The translations under genes were made by a program, and so were the position numbers. 64,000 nt of DNA, from the NCBI GenBank assembly GCA_040954595.2, contig CM082596.2:5096791-5160790 (forward strand), read 5' to 3'. Every line of letters begins with the position of its first letter. Position 1 is the first letter of the stretch. Positions 54,192-64,000 of the stretch are shown in pieces. Origin of the DNA: Balanoglossus misakiensis. Taxonomy: Eukaryota > Animalia > Hemichordata. Under the pieces are notes generated by a model. It worked only from the letters and a program-made list of their open reading frames with translations, made no database searches and was not told the DNA's origin.

Positions 54192-56717
54192 TCATCCTTG
54201 TTCCATATTTTCTTCCTGCAAGAGCTGTGCTCTCAGCTGGTCATTGATGCTCTTCAGTGGGTTGGTTTTAAAACTGGATTGGTTTTGCCGTTGTTGGAAC
54301 TTGGCCACTTCCTCCACCCTGTGAATGCCAAAAGAGAAGTACTATAATATGGTGGTGAAGTGTTAATGACTAATGATGAACAAAGTGGAAACAAGCATGA
54401 CTGTCCTGTACCACTGCAGTAATAATCGGTGTGCCCTCTGCCCTCTAACAATTATACATACCTTTTCATGATTGCCGTGCAGCTCCACCGAATAGATGTA
54501 TGAGGGAGAAAACGCGTCCGCTGTCAGTCGACGTGCAACGTGGACTCGGCTGTCCGGGCTGTTGTTTCACAGCCAAATTGGATCGTATTGCAAAGTGAAC
54601 GGTGTGCATCTGTCACCCATATGTATGGTGTCACCCTTGTGTTCAGTTTAAGTAAAAGTGTTTCAAATGTAGGGTAATGTACTGATGGACTAACTGACAG
54701 ACGGACAGACCAGGCCCCCAATCTTAAGTCCCCCAGACCTTCTTGATTGGGACTAACAAGTTGACAAGAGCATCATGTGAAACAAAACAGGAACAGTGCA
54801 GTCATGCTGTGACCCTTTGATATAAACTACCCCCTCCCCTAAAGTACCAAGCAAAACAATGACATAGAGGTGAAACTTACATTAACTTCTGACGATCTTT
54901 TGTGCTGGGAGTTGGTCGATGTTTCTTCTCTGGCCTACAGTGGAATAATTGAGAAGGGACAGAATGCAGTTAGAATTTGGAATGGAGAGACATCACGTCA
55001 CAGCTTATCCTATTCAGATTCATTTAACTGAAATACCTAAGTCACATGGAAGTGATTGGGTGTGGATGAAACCATATAGGGTTTAATAAGAAGCTGGACT
55101 GCAGGCTTCTTCCTGGATATGAAATACATGTACCAGCAGCATAGTAGTCAGCCATCAGATGGGCAATGCACAGAATTCTCTGAAAAGCTTGCTGTGCATC
55201 AGAAACATGAACTGTACAACATTGAAGTACTCACATCACTGATGTAACCATCCAAAACATTAAAGATGGACACATACACATTTATTAAACCTAAAAATAT
55301 AATTGTTCATTACTGTTTACCTTTTATGTTTACTTCTTGAAGTCATCAAATACTGTGTCACATCTGGTAAAGCATCACTTAACAATTGTAAATCACCAAC
55401 GATTGGGGTCTTGGCTCTTCTCTTTGCTTCTTTCTCTTTGTGACGAGTCATTTTGATTGTTTCTATTTCTGAAATACCAAATACATAAAAAATATGGAAT
55501 TAGGATCTCTGGCACCTAAAAATTCTGAGTGATGAAGTTATCCTCCCATTATACTCTCAGTCTGGGCAAAATACAATGGTAATGTCATAAAGTTTTCAAA
55601 GGGTGCCAACTTGTATTATTCAGTATTCATAACTTGGCTCGTGCATTCTCACTATATTTACATGTGATTTGTCCTCCTGAGTCAGTGGATAATTTTGTGT
55701 GGTAGACTTTCTTTCGCACTCAATTAAAGTATATTTATCATCCAATCAGCACTTGTGTCATGTAATGCTTTCAAATCTGCGAGAGTGTTGGAACTATCTA
55801 TCCCACACTCCCAGCAAGCATCAGCGTGAGAAATACTATTCCGTGAAGCAAGAGAATTGTGTCCCTACTTTGCAACCACTGTTCATGTCGCTGTTTCCTT
55901 TTGTCCTTCTTCTTCGCCTGTCCGCTCTCACTTCTGCTGGAAATTGTACTCCTGGCGTCCACATTTTTGTCTTTCTTCTGAGATGGGTTTGTAATCAGTT
56001 TGTCCACATCTATCGTTGTGCTGCTGAACAGTCCCTCGGTGGAGAAGATCGGTGGCAGTGAGAGAGGAGCCTGGAAGGAGAAAAATATAAAGTGTGAGCA
56101 TAGACCCTGGAGGCTTGCTGTTGGGGAAATTGTTAAGCATGTGAGTTCCTATGTAGGGGGGGGGGGGTTGTCTTTACCGCCATCTTGGAAACATAGTGGG
56201 TTGTGGGATAGAACTGGACGGGCTGTTGTCGTAGGAACGTGTACAGTGCCCCTCCAGTTCTATCCCACAACCCACCGTGATTCCAAGATGGCGGTAAAGA
56301 CCAACATCCCTATAGGATATAAAACTTATCATAAAAATCCCTATTCTAATTACTACTGGTTGTAACTTGACTGTGACAGAACTTGTATCAAGCACTTTAC
56401 AAGCTGTGTTGCAAGTGCCTTATACATATACGGTATACTAGTATATCTTACTGTGAAGTGTTTCTACAGTAGTACCACAGTACCACTTTCCTTCAACCCA
56501 AATTTAGGCTGAGTAAGTGTTTGGCAGGGTGGTTTTTGGCCTGGTTTTCAACTTCAAGGCCAAGCAGACGATTAACATACTACAATGCACACGTGCGAAT
56601 GGTAAACATACTCACTTTGCCCACGTTTGCTTTGGTTGGCGGAGTTTCATCTTTCTTTTCACTAATTTTCACTGCTGTGGAGTGATATTTTTGTCTCGCC
56701 CTCTTTACCTTCCCCAT
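54192..56717 (-). CDS. SLX9: Ribosome biogenesis factor SLX9 (FAM207A) homolog, 210 aa; exons 56717-56616, 56070-55869, 55468-55321, 54934-54881, 54318-54192
   Basis: MGKVKRARQKYH N-terminus; KKDKRKQRHEQWLQKIETIK; IVGDLQLLSDALP; EEVAKFQ...FKTNPLKSINDQL. These match the FAM207A/SLX9 pattern I recall; GT-AG introns with consistent phases (633 nt). Confidence 0.92.
54540..54757 (-). mobile_element. Degenerate non-autonomous Helentron/DINE-like (pearl/CvA-type) element in SLX9 intron 4
   Basis: Minus strand reads TTAGTCCC...GGGACT inverted repeat followed by a GTCT/GTCC microsatellite (54696-54710), the usual 5' arrangement of these elements; the far boundary is approximate. Confidence 0.45.
56167..56305. 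repeat. Long hairpin (57-bp arms, 24-nt loop) in SLX9 intron 1, MITE-like
   Basis: 56167-56223 is the reverse complement of 56248-56305 with 4 mismatches and 1 indel; weaker symmetry extends to TCCTAT (56147) and ATAGGA (56317). Confidence 0.9.
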
Positions 56718-57094
56718 TTATTCGGTTTTTAGTACAAATTCACCGAAAACAAGGGACACGAGATATTTGCGTTTGGTTGTGACCCCTCAGAGGTCAAATA
56801 AAGTACCCTTTTACGGTAAACAAAGCGCCGTTGCTATAGATACTACATATATACGAGTACATGACTGATGAAAACATGAAATTTTGCAAAGTCCTCCTTT
56901 TTATTATACTACCAGTAATTAAAAGAAAAGAAAAAGACTTGGTCAATATATGAAGACAGAATTTATTTTACGACAAAATATACTGTTTTACAGCATCATG
57001 TTAATGGTTAAACACAGATCAATTTCAAAACATTCCACTCAGTTTAATTTTTCAAACAGCGGTTGAGATCGGCTGAACTTTTACAAATTGTAAC
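56718..57094. promoter_or_regulatory. Bidirectional promoter region between SLX9 and the JmjC gene
   Basis: Divergent start codons 377 bp apart; contains GTAAACA (56816-56822) and the X-box-like GTTGCTATAGATAC (56830-56843). Confidence 0.7.
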
Positions 57095-59535
57095 ATGGCT
57101 TATAGACGACCACAAGGGTGCAAAGATGGAGAGACCGCGGAGGAAAATAATAGCGCCGACAGTACTACAGAAAGAAGCGAAACATCGAAGGCACACGATC
57201 CTTCTCGGCGACCACGAGCCAAATTTGGAGCCAGCAGTCCATCGGATGTGAAATTCACACAACCGTTTGTGGGCGTCGTCATGGCACTGTCTCTGCCGCT
57301 GTCTATTATGGTATTCTGGTACATCACACTGCCGTTTCTCGGTTGGCTGTTCACTTCGATTGTCGGAGCGGATTTTGTCAGGAACTTGATGTTCCTGAAA
57401 GAAGGTAGGCTATGTGTCGTGTTGGGGCGCCCTCACAGTCCAGGGTCAGCCCAAGACGTTGGTTGCAGGGAAAGTTGGTCCCCTACCCCTCCCTCAAGAC
57501 TGTCCCCATCAACGTTCAAATAAATTTCTGTCACTGACATATAACCCCCCTAGCTTTTCAAAATACATGTATGTTGTATTAGAAGTACTAGTTAGTAGTA
57601 CTAGCACTACCCTAAGTTAGTGAAATCAACATCAATATTAGAGAAGAATGAGATGAAAGCAGTAGAAATATAACTTACTGACATTTTTAAATAGCTTTGT
57701 GAGTGGGTCACCTAATTTTCATTTGTTTAATTAAAAAGCTGTTGTCGATGGTATGAATATTGGTACATATTACTTCAAGCACCATCGTTCTGCATTTTTG
57801 TTTCAGATATTACTTCTGTACTGACATCACCCTGTGCTCTGTGGATCCCAGCTGATGAGAGGGCATATCTACAGGACCACTCTGACCAAATGATTAAGAG
57901 ACTATCCAATGTCACCGCTGAACAGTTTATGGACTTTGTGAACATGGGTGAACCAGTCATTGTTACAGACGCTATGAAAGGTCAGAAATTTTGACTGTGT
58001 TATGTAGAAAAACATAGAAAGATGAGGGTTCCCCACACAACATCTTGGACAAGCTGCGGGCTAAAGTTTACTACAAATATGCTTCATACAACTTGCCTAT
58101 CATGGGGTCATGAAAATGGCTTATTATTTGTAGATTTTGATTGACAGTGATTTTACATTTGCAGATTGGGAGTCATTTCAGAAATTCAACTGCACATATC
58201 TCATCGAAAATTATCCGGATGTGGAATACTTTGATTGGCAGGTGAGAGAAAGAAAATTACAACTTACAAACATATACAAATCAGGGGTTGAAATCGGAGT
58301 TTGACAAACATAGTGTACATGTTTTTTTTCCAAATACATCCATCTATACTGCGATATGCCTGTCTTTTTGTGTGTTCCAGGGAGGCAGGAGAATGCCAAT
58401 ACGATACATTCCGGAAAGATGGGAACAAGCTGGTCTGGAATGTGCCAGTGGTTACATTGAAATGTCTTGGCCGTCAAACAATAAATATTTACAGGTGAGA
58501 ATGACAAGATGGTTATGGCTACTTGGTACAAAATATGCAGTTTACATTGCACCATGAAAACCAAAGATATCTTGGCTATTATATATATCTGTCTATGGTT
58601 CAATCCCCATCTATCCACATGTAAACAGGACCAGAAGGTTGAAATGCAAGATGCTTGTTCTTGAACTTTCAGGAATGGGTCAGACAGATGCCAGCACCAT
58701 ACTTTCTACCTAGGGACGTTTACACCGACGGTGGACTGGCTGTGAAACCCGTTAGCATAACAGGTTTTCTTGGCACGCCTTCAACGGGCGTTTCCCCACA
58801 CCTTGATGAGACATGCGATACTTTTATGACAGCACAGGTAATTAGACCTAATATACATAAAATTTGAAAATGGATACCCTACTTTGTATGGTGATGGATT
58901 AACTGTTCCGGTTGTGAAATATTAGTGTTATAATCTTGAATCCTAACATTTCGTTTCAGTTCTCCGGCATCAAAAACTGGAGTCTGTCCTGGCCAGTCCG
59001 GGAAGGCGACGTGTTGAAGTGGGAGAAACCGAGGATAGTCACATTGCATCCTGGTAAGTCAGGTGTATCTTTAGTGTGGTTCTGTATGTCTCTATGTGGT
59101 CACCAGCTGTGGTATCTCACCGGTCATCAGACATCTATGCAGCATTCGAACTGGTCTGTAGATCATAGGGCAACTTGGCACATTAAACTGATGGACTCGT
59201 AACAAATAGGTCATGTAATCAAAAGGTTAATCTATCTCCGCACATTTTTCATGACTGCTAATTTTTCTATTATTTTTTTTTTTGCAGGTGATATTTTGTT
59301 TTGGTACGTGAGTATGCGTCATCACACAGAGGTCTTTGACGGGTGCTCGCTCAGTTTCAGTTTTCTCCTCAACACGCCAGCTCCGAGACAGTACTTCAAG
59401 AATCTTCAAGACGACTTCAAGGCAGTGACTAGGACCCAGAGGGACAAACTGTTCGCCAGTACTCATGCGGCAAGGCTCGACTACATCGATTCTTGCAGCA
59501 TGGTTGAGAAGCGTGGAAAACACTACATCGTATGA
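57095..59535 (+). CDS. Membrane-anchored JmjC/cupin-like Fe(II)/2-oxoglutarate oxygenase-family protein, 393 aa; exons 57095-57404, 57807-57980, 58165-58241, 58381-58494, 58673-58837, 58960-59053, 59288-59535
   Basis: N-terminal hydrophobic segment FVGVVMALSLPLSIMVFWYITLPFLGWLF; GEPVIVTDAMKDW; GVSPHLDE (HxD); AQFSGIKNWSL; TLHPGDILFWYVSMRHHT (distal His). Exons sum to 1182 nt in frame. Confidence 0.88.
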
Positions 59536-59955
59536 AACACAGATCACTCCGAAGCACAGAGTTTTATTTATGCGACAATCATGCCTGAACTTTTAAAGCC
59601 CCATGGTTCAGAAATTTTTGCATTTCTGTACACCTTCAAATATCTTCCTGTAGAGTTTCCTCCATTAAGACATTCACAGCAGAAGTCATTTTGGTCAAGC
59701 TATGCCCTTAAGTTAAGGGCATATTCTGGTACATGAGAAATACACAATATGTTTCAGCAATATTTGTGATCAAAAATTTGTTTGCCTGAGTTTGGTTTCA
59801 GATAGAGGCCCATACATTTTGTACAAGCTTTTCTTGAAAAGCTCAGTACATTTGTACCATGCAACAGAGTTCACAAATGAGTCAGGAGCGAAAAGTACAC
59901 ACTGTCAAAAACTGGCAAACTGTGAACGTACTTTAACTCCATGCTGTGGGCCACA

Positions 59956-62900
59956 TCACAAAACCTGATACAGATGAATTTGTTGAAGCTCGTCTAAATC
60001 ATCTTCACTGATTCCAATAATGTTCGCGGCAGTCACATAGTCCAGTGGTACAGACTTGACCCAAGTCTTCAGATCAATGCCAGTCTGCAAGAAGAAATAG
60101 AATCAAAATAATTAAATCTATGCACTGCATGTACTAATTCTGTGTGTGATTTGTAAAGTTTCTTTGTAGTGAATGAGAAAATGGTATTCTTTGTATATGA
60201 ATATGATTTCTTCATCTTAAAGGGAACCTGATATTGACTTTGCAATCAAGCAACAGATGGCTCCTTGGTTGTAGGGTCATATGGCTAAAGTATATTTTTA
60301 CAACTCAATCTAGCAATAAAAAGTAGAATTATAAGACCTTATATGAATTTCTTGTCATTCTTGTTAATTAAGGTGCATTCATAACAGAATCTTTAGCACT
60401 GTCCTGAAACATAAACAGTGATACAACAAGAATAGCCCAGTAAATTTGTCAATTGCAGGTTACTTGCCTCCAAACACTGAAGGGACTCTTCAAGACTCGG
60501 CACAGTCACAAGAAAACATCCTGACTTCCGGACGCTGTCGGCAAGAAATTTCCAGATTCTGCAGGCAGAGAAAGGAAGGATACCGGAATCATGGAAAATC
60601 ACGCATTTTGGTGTCTCACTTGAACAGAAAGGAACAATGTGGAAGGTAATCAGTTTTCTGAATAGCAGTTAATTGCCTTTGTATAAACAAAATGTCCTGT
60701 CAAAAATAAAGTATACCGTATGTGACATCTACATCATTGTCAGAAGTCAATTGCACTTTCAACAACTTTGTAATCTTATTCACATTGCATAAAAGAAAAA
60801 ATCCAAGAAAATATGCTTTCTAGCAAAACTTACTGAGCTTGATTCTTAACACTCTCGAAGAATTCAAAGACATTGTTCAGCACAATTACATCGGCTGAAA
60901 TTGAAACAAAAAATCAAAGTTCATATTAGAAGCAGGTCTGAGGTAGAATGTCTTAGTGAGTGCATGCAATTACAATTTATTTCCAAATGATGCCAATCAA
61001 CACAGAAGGATAGAATGCATTCTCGACAGACAGTTGTCTAGTATCTAGCCATAAATGTTTTTTCAAGTTTGCTCCCACACTCTGTGAGCATGAGTGTGGG
61101 ATCAACTGTGAAAAAAATATACGGCTATTAAAATACCAGACCAGAGAGAGAAAGCTATATTTACATGCAAATGTGTGAACAAGATAATAGCTATATTATA
61201 TAGTTATATTATAAAAGTTATTAGATAACATGAAGAGAGATTATGAATGTTGGTCTACTGTGTGTAACAACCACGCATACTGATGTAATGTTATGTATTT
61301 ACACAATGTTCATTCCAATACATACCTTGTTGTAGAGCCTCCTTCTGTGTGCACACATCGGCACAAATAACCTGTTGGCATGAGAAAAGCCTTGTGTCAT
61401 GATGATGTTTTTTTTGTATGTACACCAAGATTGTATGAACATGATAATGGCTAAAAAGACCATGACTTTGAGATCCCAAAGACTTTACTGGATAAGCCCA
61501 GGACAGGATAGCCACTTGATTTGGCATTAGAATAGAGGTCCATGCAATTCTAAATAAACAAGACAAACAGACCATTTCGGTCGCAAGAATTTGAATTGTG
61601 AGTTTACCTTGATTCTATCCTGCAATTGATACATGTCAACCATTTTCTGCTGTAATTTGCATAATTCTTCATTTAATTCTATTCCTACAATACTGCCCAC
61701 ATCACTGTAGTAATACGCCTATAAATAATTTGGGGGGAAGAACAGATTTTTCTTTTATTTGCCATGGATATCATATAACAGTATTGGTTCCATTCACACA
61801 TGGATCTAGCCTCAGAGTTTTTTGTTTTATCTCCTTAACAACCGATGAATTTTCCAACAGAAAATCCTGCAAATTACACAGCAAGATTGTTGGCTGTATA
61901 CAGACTCGTTAACTTACCCCATAAAGAACAGCCCCAAGCCTGGAGCCAATATCAACGACTGTCTTCATTCCAACACCAGGCAAAACGTGTTGAAATATAA
62001 ACTTGAGTTGAGGGATGGAGCAGGAATGGGATATGAACGCTAGTAAGGAAAATGAAAAAAAAAACACCTTGTTCTATAAAATTGTCCTTCGTGCATTAGG
62101 TATGGTGACTTCACACAGGTGCGCGCGTGGAGTGACAATGTTATGAACTTGACCTAGTTGGTCGTGGCAACAGCAGTGGGGTTTGTGCTGGTATAGGAGG
62201 ACATATTCTCATCAAGGGGGACACCCACGCCATTTGTCGATAACGTGCACAGCATTGCATGTCATACAATGGTCACTGCCTGGTCAATGGCAATTGATTC
62301 ACTTACTGATGGGAGCAGTGTTGTGTGATCCACATTCACAGCAGTAGTTACGACTCAGTTGACCTTTGCCACAGAGGTCATCCACCGCATCGTCGTTGTA
62401 TAAGAACTTGTCGACGTGGACTGTAGACTGAGCATCACATCCAGCATTCTAAAATTAAAAGTATAGGGAGCAAATGAAACATTACCCATTGCAAATCTGA
62501 TGAATGTGCTATTATACAGTATTTGAATACAGTATTCAAATACAGCACTTCCATATAAAACTAGCTCACACATGAAAGCATTGATAAGAGGAATCTCAGG
62601 ATATTATTATATAAACACTCACCGGACCACTTTGGTGGTATTTAATTTGCTCGGTTTCGACAAGTCCATTAACTGGTAACTCTGAACGCAGAGACTCGGC
62701 TATACTTTGAATTATAACATCTTCATTGCTCTGACAGTCCTCCTCATCACAAATCTCTGGTGAAAACAACAACAACACACAGCCATCAATAGCAAGTGAG
62801 TGCATACTATTCAATTCAATCTCTATTGTACTCGACACATACTAGAAGAGAGTAAGGCATGGTACATCAAGACACATTACAAATTTAAGTGGACAATACA

Positions 62901-63134
62901 GCAGAAGGAACTAAACATTCAACTCTACAATGCAAAAACAGACAATATGCACAATTGGTCATGGAGAGTTGAACCCTCAGCATATAAACCACAGTCGCCA
63001 GTCGCTAACCAATGAATGATGATAACTGCACACGGTTCGTTACCTTGTATCCAGTGCAGAAATTTCTTTCTGTCGTCTTGTCGTACTCGGCTGACTAACG
63101 TGTGAAATTGCGCTTTCGCTTCTTCGATGTCCAT
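59956..63134 (-). CDS. Uncharacterised class I SAM-dependent methyltransferase, 308 aa; exons 63134-63044, 62756-62623, 62448-62307, 62039-61918, 61718-61608, 61371-61326, 60894-60834, 60558-60468, 60084-59956
   Basis: Motif I VVDIGSRLG, acidic end of beta-2 (VGIELN), VICADV, ADVIVLNNVF, GCFLVT; N-terminal HVDKFLY...SRNYCCECGS. Exons sum to 927 nt in frame, with a GC donor on the last intron. Confidence 0.88.
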
Positions 63135-63191
63135 GCTAGGGAATGAAAGGAAAAAGCCACGTATATATCAGATGTGTTCACGTACGCTTAT

Positions 63192-63255
63192 CGCCATTTT
63201 GCAAACTTGGCGGTTCCAAGGGAATCCCTCTGACGTCATATATGAGCGGAAGTCA
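63192..63255 (-). promoter_or_regulatory. Housekeeping-type promoter of the methyltransferase gene (YY1, CRE, ETS motifs)
   Basis: CGCCATTTTG (YY1-type), TGACGTCA (63231) and CGGAAGT (about 63247) lie within 125 bp of the ATG. Confidence 0.6.
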
Positions 63256-63304
63256 CTTGACTTATTTGCATATCAATGAAAGCCTTCGCACCCGGCATCT
63301 TGAT

Positions 63305-63326
63305 TTCTCTCTCTCTCTCTCTCTGA

Positions 63327-63363
<37 letters not shown>
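63305..63363 (+). repeat. (CT)n microsatellite
   Basis: Direct reading. Confidence 0.95.
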
Positions 63364-64000
63364 GTAAACTTTTTTATCCAAACAATACAAAAACTTCGAA
63401 TTTTGAATTTTAGGAAATAAAAAATGCAACACGTGACCGGCCTAATGTATAACTTGCATTGTTACAGAATGAAAAAACAAAGGCTACAATTCTCTTCCGC
63501 TGCCATTACATTTTATATATGAGAATATTTTAATGTTGACGAATTTGTTATATAACACCTTTCCGGTTCTTTCTGTGTTTTCCCCCAACAAATGACAATA
63601 GGACACAGTGACTATTCAGAGATGTTAAAACGCCCCTATTTTCGGGTGGTATTGAAACCACTTCAGCTTGGCTTTCTGCACTTTAAGAAAACTATTATAC
63701 AGAGTATATCTATGAGGCTGCAATGTACATGTACCACAAAAAATGAGCTTTTGCATCCCGTAAAATTATCGCGACATATAGTTGCCCCTGCCCAACATCT
63801 ACCACATTCCCTTGTATTGTTCGACTGCCAAGAACAATGGTGGTGGTTTCAAAAGGTGCTTTTGTTGGTGCGAAAAGGTTTTGCAAAGTCTGCAAACTGG
63901 AGTGATCAATACGTTTAATTATTAAGGAGAGGACGGATGTATTAATGATTAAAACATTTGAAAATCGATGCGAGAAATCGAGTTTCTTAATTTTAGAAAG

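Noticed and set aside
56175-56296. AAGATGGCG/GTAAAG as gene starts on either strand
   Set aside because: Both copies are arms of one palindrome inside SLX9 intron 1; the real SLX9 start is at 56717.
57095-63134. Tail-to-tail JmjC and methyltransferase genes as a writer/eraser pair
   Set aside because: The JmjC protein looks membrane-anchored and luminal while the methyltransferase looks soluble; adjacency in a compact animal genome is not evidence without conserved synteny.

Overview
Metazoan genomic DNA, probably from an invertebrate; the species cannot be determined from sequence alone. The left half (1-31,639) is a homogeneous head-to-tail satellite: about 351 copies of an 87-bp monomer (A), switching abruptly to about 12 copies of an 88-bp sister monomer (B, about 85% identical). 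A 22-bp-stem hairpin caps the array, and about 750 bp further on lie 5 inverted, older copies of the same family. All long repetitive ORFs in 1-30.6 kb are artefacts of this satellite. Positions 33-45 kb are CpG-rich, apparently non-coding, and carry 8 perfect CRE palindromes, palindromic mobile-element relics and a candidate alternative signal-peptide exon. The right part holds five intron-containing genes whose exons I assembled by hand with consistent phases: a GPI-anchored Ly6/uPAR protein with one full and one truncated LU domain (+), zeta-tubulin (+), SLX9/FAM207A (-), a membrane-anchored JmjC/cupin oxygenase (+), and an uncharacterised class I SAM methyltransferase with a GC-AG intron (-). 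No rRNA, tRNA, CRISPR array or transposase was found. The best leads are the layered, hairpin-terminated satellite (possible transposon origin, with a hairpin specific to the expanded subfamily) and the Ly6 locus.
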